A stretch of DNA of 60,008 nt, the filler included, from Sluysia triapertura (taxonomy: Eukaryota), in NCBI GenBank assembly GCA_046118255.1. It is 5 parts of 5 records of this genome, joined end to end, with 100 filler letters (N's around TTAATTAATTAA, not from the genome) between each part and the next. Parts side by side here need not be neighbours in the genome. Positions count along the whole stretch, not along the records: positions 24,720 to 35,865 come from JBJNIA010188278.1; positions 35,966 to 48,819 come from JBJNIA010077827.1; 3 more parts are not named here. One strand, 5' to 3'. This document shows positions 24,720 through 38,595 of this stretch, in pieces. Under the pieces are notes generated by a model that saw only the letters and a list, made by a program, of their open reading frames with translations, was not told where the DNA came from and searched no databases. The position numbers were made by a program, and so were the translations under genes. Numbering within the stretch: position 1 is the stretch's first letter; each line of letters starts with the position of its first letter.

Positions 24720-27549
24720 GGATAAAAACAAGTACGATAAGAATAATTCTGGAAACTGAATTTTATTAAGAAAGTAAAAGTTTCACAGTCGGACAACTTC
24801 AACCGCGTAAATTTGATTCTAATACAAATTCATGAATGTTTTCAATAATAATAATAATCAATATATAGTCATGTGATATTCAACTCCATATTAGGTCTTA
24901 GCGTATTAAATGTATACGCACTTCTTAAAATGTAGTATACTTAAAATTTATATTACTTTAGAAATTAGAGCAACCTATACACAATATAGCATTGTTAGGA
25001 TTTTCAATCATTATAAATTACTCAGCGTTAAAATTCAATTAATAAGTATTAATACAACTAAATTTTGCTAATGCAATATTTAGAATAGCATCATAAATAT
25101 TATTAAAACAATCAATTGAATAAATAACAATTACATTTGTACAATAAATTAATAATTTTGTTTAAATGGTTTATTTATTGTACCATATTGAGAAAAGTGG
25201 GTTTTAATAAAAACAATCTACATAATGTTTCACATAAGGAAAATTTTCTTTGTTTTAATATTTTCATATACTTTATTATAATTAATACTTATATAAAGAT
25301 GTACATAATTAAACAATAGAATAAATTGTATTAATGTTTAGGAACAAAACATGTAGAGTTTTAGAATTATTTTGAATTTTTTATAATGATTTTTCTTTCA
25401 TTTTTGAAATATTTACAAGCTGCTTTTTTCTCATAAGTTTCAGTAGATTTTCCGAATTTTTCAACGTCACAAATTAATTTTATTCAAAACTTAAAATGGG
25501 GTATCACTTTTGTATTTACAGTATAACACAACGACCTAGAATCTTTCCATATTTATAACAAAAATGAATTTCGCTAAGAATGTAATGTTAAATAATATTA
25601 TGCATGAAAAACGAAAAATTTTCTAAAAAGTGACTTCAAAAATCAAATAATTAAAGAGACTAAACGTCGAGTCATTCAACTGGCTTGTATAATGAACAAT
25701 TCTATGTACCAGCGCTTCATCCATTACGGTTACATTATCAAGATGCTGTTTTCTTTCTATGAAGATTATTATACTATTAATTTTTGAAAATTTCATCTTG
25801 TACTAAAATGAAGCGAAAACTAGCTTATGCTTCTCAATAGATGTCAATAAAGCTCTGTCATTAAAACGTTAAATAGTTTTAAACTAATATCATTTACTGA
25901 GTTTTAAAAATTAAATTAATTTGTTAATTTCAAATGTAACTAATTATTATATCGATTTTTAAGTATTAATTATTAACATAATCTTGAACTTTATCATCTA
26001 ACTTTAGTTTCAATTTTAGACTCACACTAATTTAAATGTATTATGTAATAACCTTATATTCACTGTCCTTGTGCAATTCATAATAATGTCGGTGATCCAA
26101 ATTCAGACAATACATTTAAATATACATATTTTATTCATAAAACTTTGAAATCGTTGAAAAATTCAGAAATTAAAACGATTTCACATTTAAGACATCAAAA
26201 ATTATATAGAATATAAATCCACTACCAAAGATATATCTCAACTAAACTTCACAATTATGAATCTAAATCTATTGTGTATAAAGTCGAAGATGATTGTGCG
26301 GATTTATAATATCTAAGTATGGTTTTTTATTCAAGAAGTTTGATTTAGAAAGATATAACACCAACTTTACTATTCGTTTTAATGGTATTTTAGTGTTTCT
26401 CAAGTTCATATGCACTTTAAATGATTTTTATATTGATTTTGTATCATAGGCAGGCATGTTATTCTCACTATATAGATGTCAAGGAAAGTTTTGAGAGTTA
26501 ACTTTATATGTGTTTAAATAAATCACATAATAAGGAATTTGGTAATAATTTTAGAGTTTTTCTGTAAATATTAGTGATGTATAAATTAATATATTGTTAT
26601 TCGAATCATTTTATTTTAGTTCAAATACATTTGTATATTTCCTCTATTTTTCACACAAATATTCCGATATACAAATAATAAAGAAAATAGAGTATTAAAA
26701 TCAATACCATCTTATTTCAATAAAATTTAACATATGTGATTCCTAATTAAATCTTTATGATTAAAAGATATTGTAAGCTATGCTGTAATTTAAAAATTAT
26801 CAGAGTATTAAAAAATATTCACATTTGTAATAGAATTTTGATTCCTTATTTTTCTTTATCATCAGATTAAGTAATTAAATATTAAAAAATATAATTAAAA
26901 AGTTTAGAATTACTTGAGATTTTGTTTATTCATATGCGATTTTTAATTCATTACTGATTAGTTTCTTCAAATAGATAATGGGTATGAAAATCTTTATACA
27001 ATAGAAATGCAATAAAATCTAGGATAAATATTACTAAAGAAGCAGTAAATTTAACAATCAAACATATGCTTCAAATAAGGTTCATGTTATCAAACTAAAA
27101 TAATGGTACCTGGATATACTTTCCAGAAAACGTAACTGGTTTGAGTTTTTTTATAATTTTAAGCATAGTTTAAGAATTTCTGAAGTTTATTATTGAGCTG
27201 AACATCATTATTTCTCTTATGTTTTTATAATAATAAGTAGACTTTTGTAATTTGTTGGAGTAAAAGAAATGACAAATTACAATTGGTACAATTAGTGTTA
27301 TTGATTTTCAGATTACATTCTCTTCTTTTTTAATGTTTTACTTATTATCAATATTGTGTTAATGTTTTTTGAACTAGAAATTGCCTTTCATAATTACATC
27401 TATTTGGAGCTTTTCTTTTACAAGTAGAAATATTATTTTCATTTAGAGAAAAATACGACTATAAATTGTAGAAAATTTTGTAAATTGAAAAACGTTGAAA
27501 AATAACTAACAAAAATTTAGCTCATTGATGAACAAAAAATTCGCGTATA

Positions 27550-27550
<1 letters not shown>

Positions 27551-27611
<61 letters not shown>

Positions 27612-27612
27612 T
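27551..27612. repeat. (AAT)n microsatellite
   Basis: About 20 consecutive units. Similar tracts at 28198-28244, 43640-43740 and 48752-48819. Confidence 0.95.
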
Positions 27613-27615
27613 TAA

Positions 27616-28061
27616 TTAGGCATTAAGATCACTAAAATGTTGTGGAATATTTTCATTTGATATATCTACATTATACCTGGCTTGATGACCACAATTATTA
27701 GTTCCAGTTTGATTGTTTGATATGACTGCCGAGTTAGTCGAAGAACTTGTTATCAATTCTTTCGACTTCTCATCATCAATTGTAGACGATAAAATCGGAA
27801 ACATTAACACAGTTGAATTCATGTATGATAAATCTGGTAAGCGTTTTAAAACGGTTTCAGTTTGAGGACGATTGGAACTCGACGTTTGAGTAGTAGCTTT
27901 CAATTTTAAATTTCGTAATATGCGACCAGTAATTGGTTCAGAATTAGTAGTACCAGAAGTAGTGATAATATCGTCTTGATTATTAGGTGAAGGACTAATA
28001 TCTACTTGGTTGTTTTGAATTGAAGTATCTGAAGTCGAAAATACAAATTCTTCTTCTAAAT
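27616..28061 (-). CDS. Terminal exon of an uncharacterised Ser/Thr-rich protein with the motif LKRLPDLSYMNSTVLMFP
   Basis: Acceptor tctttttag at 28062-63. The frame is open for ~148 codons (LEEEFVFSTS...) to the stop at 27616. Confidence 0.6.
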
Positions 28062-28193
28062 CTAAAAAGATAAATATTGATGACTTTTTATAAAATAGTA
28101 GAAAAATTTACTGTAGATTCACTTAATGCTTTTCGGTAAGAAAACAAGAAATATAAAAATATTGTTTGTCAGCTTGGTATCGCGACCCTATTG

Positions 28194-28247
<54 letters not shown>

Positions 28248-30415
28248 TAAAATATAAGAAAATACTTACTGAAACCAGTAAGACATTTAAAATTAATAAA
28301 ATATTTATATAACTTTATTAAATATTATTTTCTCATAATAATGAATTACAAAAATGTAAAACTTCTATTTCCAAAACCCTCGGACCTAGGCAAACAGCAA
28401 AACTCAATAGTTAGAGGCAGGAATTAAAAGCTTTTATAAAAAGCATTGAAATTCTAAGCCTAATCCATTTTGTAAAATGGATGGGTTCCTTCTAAAAATT
28501 ATAAATATATTAGATAGGTTGTATAAATAATGTGTATATAATATTAACTTACTAATTTCTTATTTGTATTTGATTTACTTTCTTACATGAATTTTCTAGT
28601 GGCAAAATCTTCATTCAAATAAAATTCTTCTACGAGGGCACTGAAAGATTTTGCAGACGAAAACCCTACTATTTTAAACCAGAACTTGTAAATTTCGTAA
28701 TCAGATTGTGAGATTTCCATTGGATTGTGGCCCAATTATTCTCAATGCATTCTGGCTGTTTTAAAAGTTTGAGGGCTATTGTCAGAGTGCACAATAACAT
28801 GATAAACAGAAATGCACAATAATATGATAAATATACATTTTATTTTTATGATAAACGATAAAATAAAAAATTTTATTTAGTTATTTTAGACGATTTGGTG
28901 ATTATTTGTGTTTATATTATTATTATTATTTATTAAATATTATTAAAAATATTATTAATTTTTATAAAAATCACTTTTGGATTAAACATATTCAAAAAAT
29001 ATAAAAATAATTTATTTCATTTCAATTGTTTATTTAAATCATTTCAATAATAAATATCATTTCAATATGGCAAGGTGGAATTTTACTACATAAATTTCGG
29101 ATTTAAACTCACAAAATCAATCTTATTTTGCAAGTTAATTTACAATCAAACCCATGTCCAATTTCAGTTCAATGTCAAAGTAAGGTTTTTTACTATAAGT
29201 TCTAAAATTATCTTAACTGTAATTAGTAGGATAAATAAAATCGGACTTAAATTCTATTGATTTTTCCTAGACCGTAACATTCTACACCTAAGACCAAATC
29301 TTAAGGTGTTAAAATCTCTATTATTATAATATAAATATTATCTTATACAACCTTTGTAGTTTTTTAGTTTGTAGATAATATATTTTCACAATTACAATTA
29401 TATTCTTAATTTAGACGAAAGTTTTAAAATAAAATAAGTTTATCAGACCGTAACAGGCTGACTTAACGTTTACTCTTTACATTAAAATTAATTCAAGCAT
29501 CGAGTTTTTTATAAGCCACGATTTGTAAAAGACAATTATGTTTCAGATTTGATGTTTATAATAGATTTGCTCGCATAAATAAGTTGTTAAAGTGACCAAG
29601 CTCTCATAAACGACTATTGTAATAATTTATAAATTTGACACGTCAATCTTTAAAAAATCCTAATAGAATGCCTTCGTTCAGAATTATGTCGTGTCCATTA
29701 GGCGAACTAACCTCCAGAATAAATTTTGTATGTGTAAGTATAAGTTTTTTTATAGATAAAACACTTACACTATGCTGACGCAAATATTTTGTTTTTTATT
29801 ATATTAAGCATCCTTTGTACATTCAAATGTTCATTAACACACTTATTTTAAAAGGATAATCTAGTTTCATTAAAATTATACCTATAACATATACCACAAA
29901 CCACAATAACCAATTATGCAAGTCTCATCACAAAAATCACACTAAATTAAAATTCATTCACAATATCCGCTTTATCACATCCTTCATCACCAATAAAATA
30001 CAGATGCATAATAAAATTCGTTTTACTAACATTTATATATAGTACTCGTGGAACGCATATTGTCATTATCACCAGATATTTTCATTTTCTTACGTTTTGT
30101 AATGTTTCAATTTCTTAAAATGTTTTTATCGTTGCTGTAAAAGTAGGTATTATTATAAAATTATATTAGAATTGTGAAAGACTTGATAAAGATTTAAAAG
30201 AAAAGTAAAAAGAGAAGAACTAAAGAAAAAGACTTAATAGATTTTTGCGATTACAAAGATGTTAATGAATCAATGACGAATTAATCAAGTCGAAAGGAAT
30301 TGACGTTGTATTAATCTATCATAACGTTTATTCGCATGTCCCTAACCACACACTGCATGAACAAGTTTCAATAGAAATTATATTTGAAAGGATACAGCAA
30401 GTAAATAAAGGCATA

Positions 30416-30866
30416 ATGTTCTGGAAAATGATTTACGAACCTATCGCTAATTATCAAACATATGTTACAAGTTATCATGGGGATACACAAGATACTCATG
30501 CTACCAAAATTATGCCCTCGTTATGCCAGTTATGCCCTTATAAATCGAATCTCAACGGTCAATGTCTAAAATTTGCAGCTACGTGCAGTTTTTCACACAA
30601 TATCACCCAAATTGAAGAACCAATACCTTGCGGAAACTTACCAACATCACATAGAAACAGATTGGAACAGTTACTGCTCTCCGTGAAGAACAAATCGATA
30701 AATACGGAAATTGTCTCGAAGACGAAACTCTTTTGTCAAAACAACGATTTGGATTCAATTAAAGTAAAAATTTATAAATTTAATAACAAATTTTTATTAT
30801 TTATGACTTTTATTTCAGATGTCGGAACTTTTGAAAATCCCAGATGGCATATTGTGGAAAGATTAA
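30416..30866 (+). CDS. CCCH-type zinc-finger protein (C-x9-C-x6-C-x3-H), paralog of the 2991-3493 region
   Basis: LCPYKSNLNGQCLKFAATCSFSH; 55-nt phase-0 intron 30764-30818; last exon MSELLKIPDGILWKD*. The frame is open upstream to ~30270, so the start is uncertain. Confidence 0.6.
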
Positions 30867-32683
30867 TGTCATTTTATATATTTAATTTTATGATAATATA
30901 TTTAGGGAATTTAATTTAAAATTAATTTGTATTATTAATGCCAAGTCAAAAACTTTATATTTTAAAAGTATAAAAAACTTTCATAAGATTATTAAACTTA
31001 ACAAGTTAAAGGTCATAAATTTATCATTACAATATTTATGTATGTTTTTTTTACAATTTATTTCATTCTATTTTCCATTATAATTATTATTCCGTCATTT
31101 TAATTATCATTATTATTTATTATTATTACTACAATTTTATCACCATTATTATCTTTTCATTAATTTTAATTAAAAATTGTCATTTAGTGGTTTCTTCCAA
31201 TAGCTTTTCTGTCATTGTTGGCATTCATTAATCAACGTATGTTATTACAGTGCATGTACTTCCATTGGTTTCCCAACCAAAACTATTATTTTCATCATTG
31301 TCATTCGTTCTGGTTGGACAACCAGTGCGTGTTTCTACATACATCATTGTGGCTTTAAGTAAATGAGAAGAAAAAGATAGTGATCAAGCTAAAAATAAAT
31401 AATCAATCATAACGCACAGTTCAAATGGTAAAGACATTATTTAATTAATAATGTCTGATATGTAGAAAAAAAGTAATTATTGGTGTTAGAAGTACAAAAA
31501 TATTGTTATGTGAAACTGAAAATTAATAAGCTCTTAAAAATTTATCACCTTGTCAAAACTTTATCGTAAATTGTACAAGATTAAATAAAATTTGTCTATA
31601 CATATTTAATAATCCTTACAACGTTTTGTTCAGAACTCATATGTTACCTAATTATATCAAGGTTCTTTTCGAATGTCGAAAAATACAAAATAATATACTG
31701 TCTTACCTATCCATCATGTTTGAATAAGATCCTTAATACTTTGGAATTATTGGCTACGAACAATATAGATAATTCAAAATGGTTGAAAATCAATCAATTT
31801 CAACGACATGTTACTTCAAGTTTCATTAGTTGCAAAGATATCATTGGTCTATTTAAAGCCTGTGCGGAAAAATCACCACTTACTATGTTCAAGTAATGTA
31901 GCATTTTTATATAACAATCAACCTTTCCCAACATGATAAAGTTATAATAGTAAATTTTGGTAAAATAAATAAGTTGTTAAAGATTGTTATTGAATTGTAT
32001 AAGGTATTGAATTGAAACCAACACACAATGGACTGATCAAGACTTTAACCCAGTATTTCTCTGCACAATTCAAATCTCTGATCACTGGGCAATCAGCTAA
32101 GTTTAAAAATTTATGTTATGATAAATTATACGTATTTTAATTGACACTATTTCGATCTGTATTTCCGCAGTTATAAATATGTCTTATGCAGATATATTAT
32201 ATATATTTTAGACTTCAATACGTTTCAAAACTAATTGTACATTTTTCTCTTTATTAAAAGTAATTTTAAAGATTACTGATATTTAAAATATGATGACTAA
32301 CTCCATAACTCAACTTTATTATTCTAAAAATCATTTATTATTCCAAAAAAAATTTAAACGTCCAATTTTTTCTGTACACATTAAGCTCCTCTAAAACATC
32401 AAAAACTTTTAATATCTTAAGTAAAGAATTCTAAAATTTGAGATACATGCCAAAAATACTAATATAGCCAGTACATAAAAATAGTTAAAATTGAATTTTT
32501 TGTGTTATGTATGTATTCTAAATAGAAGAAGATTATAAGTGATAGGTCATAACTTATTAGAATTATTATTCTTATACTGCAATTTTTAACTTAATGTGTC
32601 GCAAAATTCTCTTAAAGTGACATCAAAATCAAGTAATACATATAATTGCGTAACACATTAATGTTAAATACTTAAAAGCGCTA

Positions 32684-33982
32684 CAAGGTTGTGCTAGTAT
32701 GTAACCATCGAAATAATTTTTAATATATAAAAGTTGACAATAGTATTAGAAATATGAAAAAATACATTTAATATTAAATAAAATCTTTTCTTACACTTTC
32801 TGTAGAATCTTTCACACTTTATTGAATAATTATTTCATAACAATAATCATAAATCAAACGAGGTTTTAACTGTATTGCACGAAAACAACATTGTTTTTAG
32901 ATTCTTCGTTCCATATTAACCCGAATTGAATAATTCTTTTCAATGATTTTCTGTAGTTTTTGTAACTCTTAATCTACGGCAAAGTATTTTTGAACAGGAT
33001 CCGTTCAAATCTGAACGTACAATTTATGTTTAAATTAAAAATAAAACTTTATGTTTCTTAAGTATTCTTTCTTAAAAATAATTTAACTAGTTCACTAAAT
33101 TCTTCACCTATCTATAGTAATGAGAAAACAAACCAAATATTACAAAAATTAAAATTTACAAAGATGTTCGTAAAGTAATAAAATAAAATAAAGTAAATAA
33201 AAATGAATAGAAAAATTAAATTTTTCAATTAAAACCACAAGGGTCTTTAATTGTTTTTTATAACAAAATAAATTTGACTCTATTTTATCCCTCAATATAT
33301 CGGGGAAACTTAATGTATACTTGAAAAATGAATTATACGTTGATTTTAAGATGCTAACTTAGATAAATTAGTATCCCCTTAATAAAAATAACTCACAACA
33401 AGCATGGTTGATTCGAATAAATATTGAAAAATAATTGTCCATTTTTAACCAAGATTGAATTGCAATCAAAATTAAATTGTTACCACGGTTGAATTGATTG
33501 AAATAATATTGAATTTTGTGACAAACGTTTAGAAAACCAATATGGCGAATGTCAAATGGCGATAATGATTGTATTGAATCTAGTTTATATACTAGTCGAT
33601 ATAAATCGATGGAATGTTCCAGAATATTGTAGAAGTTTCTATTCTACTTGTACAAGCGAATTTTCTTTTTTCGAAAATAAATATTTTTAAAAGAATTTTA
33701 AATGATTTTAGAGGGTTGCGATGACAGCCTAACAAATTAAAGTAAATATTAAAAGAAAAAACCCTTACAATTGGAGAGCCTTAGATAAAATTTTATCAGT
33801 AAATAATAATTATTAAATATATTGTGAAGGATTGTACAGAAATATGAGAACATGGCTAGAGAGAACAAGAAGAGAAAATTTTATTTAATATTAAATACAT
33901 TCTTTCACATTTCTAATACTATTGTCAACTTTTATATATTTAAAAAATTATTTCGATGGGTATTAGGCCTTGCACAATCCTG
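32684..33982. mobile_element. Non-coding or decayed Tc1/mariner-like DNA transposon, 1299 bp, ~110-bp TIRs, TA flanks
   Basis: 32684-32792 is the imperfect reverse complement of 33870-33982 (core tatataaaagttgacaatagtattagaaat). Ends TA|CAAGGTTGTGC ... GCACAATCCTG|TA. No transposase recognised inside. Confidence 0.8.
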
Positions 33983-35256
33983 TAATACAAAATTAGGTTA
34001 CTAAAAATTGAAAAATAAGAACTTTACCTGATATTAAATAACTTAATAATAACTTTTAATATGGTCTCTCATCCTTAATAATGTCAATATATAGTATCTA
34101 TTAACTGGCTACATTAACTAGCATATAAAAAATAGTGCCAAGTAATAGTAATGGAATTTATGTTCATTCATTTTGTCAAATTTTGTGAAATTATAACTTT
34201 GTATAAGTGTTAATTACCTATCCTCGGTTTTTACTTGATATTTTATTATTCTTATCTTATAACGACAATTTTTGTGACATGTGCTAAAGAAATAGTTGAA
34301 AAGTTATTGTTGATAATAGTGTTACAGATGAATGAAAAATTATCTTAATTGATATATTTAGTATATTGATTGAAGAATTTTGAATAACTGCTTCAAAGTA
34401 ATTCTTGTCAATGCATAAAGTACATCTAATGAAATTACTTAGATGAAATTGTATATTTTCTAAAAGATAAACAATGTCATTATCAATACCAAAATTTGAT
34501 AATTTTTGAAAATAGACATCACTGAAGAGTCAAAATTTTACATGGTGTCATCCATTTAACTGAGCTAAAATCACAAGTCTTAACGATCGACAGTTTCGCA
34601 AGCCTAGAAGTGATGCAACGTAACTAATTTAAATTAGTTATTCAATGTTAAATTGCTATTGTCAGTGTAGGTATAAGTAAAAAGTTACTATCTTTAATGC
34701 TGCGTGGTTATGACGATCCGAAAGTTTAGAAAATTAGGTAATTCAGTTTTAAAATCTAGAAAATTAAGACAGCTAGAGCGACTTTTAAGGGTGTCGATTA
34801 ACCCAAACGAAGAAAGAGTAACATAAAACAAACTATTAATATATTGAACCAAAATTTAAAATAAAACATCGACAAAATTGGCCACACATTACCAGATGAT
34901 GCTGTTCTACATACTACATCACCTTTTGACATAACTTTTTTATTTATAATAATATTTATATTTGTAATAGGAGAAATAATAATAAGTTAATTTATGTAGC
35001 GCTAATACCTATTTTGAAATAAGTACTCAAAAAGGCATTGATGCTTTATTCTCATATTTCTGAAACAATCTTGAAACTCTTTATCATTTTCTAGTTATCT
35101 GGTATAGATTTTCGAAAAAAATAGTACTGTGTATTGTGATTAAATTGTTATTCATTTTCGTTTAAAAATTTTTTATTATCTTCATGTGAAACTAGAAGAT
35201 ATAGATTATAATCATAATTTTGAATTCTATTCTTGACATTAAAACGTCTATATTGT

Positions 35257-35683
35257 CTAATTTTTGTAACTTACTAACCTAGGTTTCAAATTTTGTGATA
35301 ATTCAATATTTGAAGATTGGGTGGAATTGGCTTTATCATCTTCAGTCAGTCCATACATTACATTTTCTGATAAATTCAATTCGCTATTTGATAAATTACT
35401 TTTACAAAAATCGTTTTGAACAGAATATCTTTCTTTAGGAGAATTAAGCGACTTTTGTATACTCTTGATGCATTTATCGTACGCTGAAACATTTGGCAAT
35501 GATGTTGGTGTACTTAACCGAAATATTTGTTCATTTTCTTTTTTCATTTGGTACTTCAATTTAACTTCTTTTAATTGTGCTATTAACTGTTTACATTTAG
35601 CAACAACAAACAAAAGTCGACCTTCACCCGATGATGCATTACAACCAGTTTCAATCATAAATGTTTGATTGTACACACCAAAT
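35257..35683 (-). CDS. Exon encoding the C-terminal half of an IRS/DOK-type PTB domain plus a low-complexity tail
   Basis: Acceptor tttctag then FGVYNQTFMIETGCNASSGEGRLLF, matching the DOK/FRS2 pattern R[YF]Gx4FxxExGRxCxxGxGxFxF. Confidence 0.7.
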
Positions 35684-35865
35684 CTAGAAATATAAATGCA
35701 AAATTTATAAATTATAAATTTTGTTAAATTCCTCCTTTTTAAATTAGTCCATGTTTGTAAATTAAAATAATTTTAAAAGTGCATTATTATTTAACCTCTT
35801 GTCGCCCGAATTAATTTTCAAATCTAATAAAAAATTTTCGAAATTACTTCCGGTAAATTGTTGTA

Positions 35866-35965
35866 NNNNNNNNNNNNNNNNNNNNNNNNNNNNNNNNNNN
35901 NNNNNNNNNTTAATTAATTAANNNNNNNNNNNNNNNNNNNNNNNNNNNNNNNNNNNNNNNNNNNN
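35866..35965. other. Artificial assembly spacer
   Basis: 44 N + TTAATTAATTAA + 44 N. Confidence 0.98.
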
Positions 35966-36500
35966 TAAGATTAAGTAAGCTTATTTTTCATAAGTTCTAA
36001 CCCTAATAAAAGGTGTTTCAAAATACACTTAAAATCATAATTGTATTTATTTCTTAAGAACCCAAGAATAACTCTTCGGGTTAACATTTACGTAATATTC
36101 AAAGAATAATTATTAAAATTTTATCACTATTATATTCTTTTTTGATTTGGAATTGCAGTGTATTAAAGTCTTTTTTATTTGTATAATAAATTTAATTCAC
36201 ATTTTAGTTTTTGAGTTATTTTTTGATTCGATAACATTAGTTGAGAATTTTAGTTATAACAAAGTTTAAAAATTCATTGATTGAGAAAGAATTGCTTGAT
36301 TAAAATTACTAAAATTTCATTAAAAAATTTATTTAGAAGGCTAAGATAAAATTAACAAGTTACGATTAAATTCACAAGTTTAATTAAAAGAATTAAAATT
36401 TGTTAAGTTATTATTTAAACTAATTAGGATTTACCAAAGAGTCATTTAGTAAACTGAATATTGCACCTGAGTATTTTTTTTAAAAGAACGATTACAGTTT

Positions 36501-36575
36501 TCCGAGTATTTAAAGATTAAATTAATAAACTTCGTTGATTTCTCGTCTATCTATCCGTCATTCATTCTTTCTTAA
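36501..36575 (+). pseudogene. Possible family-B DNA polymerase remnant (motif A)
   Basis: From 36531 it reads FVDFSSIYPSFILS*, matching DFxSLYPS. Surrounding frames are broken. Confidence 0.4.
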
Positions 36576-36724
36576 GTATTCATAAAGATAACGCTGTTGC
36601 CTTTAGTATTTTAATCTTCAGTTTTTTAAGTACGTTAAAATCCTACGAGAACGTCCTTTCATATAAGATAAAACGTTTATCGTAGGCGAACCCATTTAAG
36701 AGTATTCATAATTGTTCTCTTTAG

Positions 36725-36900
36725 AAGTAAAAACCGAACAATGGCAAGAATGTATTATGAAGAAGCTAGTGATTGCATACTTGTGTTTGATTTAGCAGAA
36801 GAAAAATCATTTCAAAACATGACGAAATGGAAAGAAGACAGTAAGTTATTTGACAGGCAAATTATCAATAATAGGTGCAGTCCTGATTAGCGAAAAGGAA
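36725..36900 (+). pseudogene. Rab GTPase internal fragment (Rab32/38/29-like)
   Basis: TMARMYYEEASDCILVFDLAEEKSFQNMTKWKEDSK (ATG 36741) resembles MTRxYY..A....FD....F....WK.D.DSK. No G1-G3 motifs found upstream. Confidence 0.6.
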
Positions 36901-38595
36901 GCTGATACGTATGGAATAGCCAAAGGAATTTTAAAGATCTGTGCAGTCTTAACCGAAGTACATATGAACCATATTTGGGAATCAACTCTAAGTGTATCCA
37001 GTCATACTGTGGTGATCAAAAATAATTCGAATTCAAATCTTAAACATCAAATATGGAAATCTATTTATGACGAATTAGAGATCGCTAGAGCCGCGCAGAA
37101 TGGAGAAGTATCCAATTTTTCTTATGTTATATTCAAATTACTATATTTTTATGATATTCTTGATTTCTTTACTAAGTTAAAAGTAATCCAATACTTAGTA
37201 CTGGACGATGATGCCCCTAGTCCAAAGAGATGTTTATATTACTTAAATTTTAAAGTTAATCGAATACATAAGCCTATTCATTTTAGTTATGTAGATAACC
37301 TATCCATGGACAACCTACCTGGACAAGGATATCGTTCGCTCAGTACTAAGAACAAGTTGGTAATTTTAAAAACTAATGATTTGAAATTCCATTCAATTTT
37401 TGTGTTTCGATTTTTATTTTACGCTCGATATACGATTCTCACTTAAGTGTGTGTTTTTATCATGTTTGAACTTTGTGATAACCTTGTGATAAAGTACATA
37501 ATTACAGTTCCTTTAAAGATCTCTTGCATAAATTCACCGTGCATATACATTAACCTAACTTAAAATAAAACCTGCATAAGTTTTCTTTTACTTTTCAAAT
37601 CCAACGGCTAGCCCTAACCGGTAAGTCTAGATAAGTTGGTGAACTCACGTAATATATTCTGTGTAAGATTACATGAATTACTTCACATTTTATGGTACTA
37701 ACATAAGGCCTGACCCCAACAATACGATAATAGTAATTAGATAGTTTATTAACATAATCTACATCATCGTTTACTGATCCTCTTTCCTTTAGTTTTTTAA
37801 TATTACTTTCAGATAAAGTAAGAAAATCGATATCCCTGGATTGAATCAGTACTTAACCTGAGAAGGATTAGATTCATTTACCACACGATCAGAAATATCT
37901 TGTTCTTTAATATATCTGTCATAAACTTTCTTTTTTATTTTATTTTTGATAATAAGTCGATAAAACATTGCTTAGTCTGCCTATATTGATATATGCGACA
38001 AAGAGCTGCACAGTCATGACAAAGATTCCAAGATTCATCAAATATGACCACTCGATTTAGATTTAGAGAAATTTCATTATAATGCCACTTTATTAATTTA
38101 ATGATGTTTTAAATGGAAAGATTTTATGTATTAAATTTTTTAAATGTTTGAGTTTGAATTAAAGTTTAAGTTGTTTTATGTGTGAATTTTTCTTAAATTG
38201 TAATTAAATTCTGGGTGAGAAGTTGAAACATCGCATGCTTGTCATAAGATAAACGTTTACATTTCATTGTTAATTGGTGATCCTAGTAAAAATTACTAAA
38301 ATTTTTTGTGTCAAAGATTTATTGTTTAAAGCAATTTTGATTAAAATATAAAAATAATTGAGACCCTCAGAAGATACGTTATCTTAACTTTAAGTAAATT
38401 CTATAGGACAAACCACCATAAAAAAATATTAAAACCCATTAAATTAAAAAAAATAAAATTTGTTAATACTCTGCGGTCCTCTATTGAGGCAGACCCTACA
38501 CTAATTTAACATAAACATTGAAACATTTATGTAATCTGTTATATGTCGAAGATGGTCCGATAAGAAAATGTTTACATTTGTATTTTCATTGCACC

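Noticed and set aside
25660-25760. Minus-strand HLDNVTVMDEALVH resembling the first catalytic Asp motif of mariner transposases
   Set aside because: Single weak motif, with no other DDE/D motifs or TIRs seen.
28463-28482. Inverted repeat ATCCATTTT-GT-AAAATGGAT
   Set aside because: Short, AT-rich and single-copy; expected by chance.
35684-35755. Possible non-canonical GA-AG intron giving WTNLKRR|FG in the PTB gene
   Set aside because: The upstream frame hits a stop within a few codons and has no acceptor. The true upstream exon is probably elsewhere.
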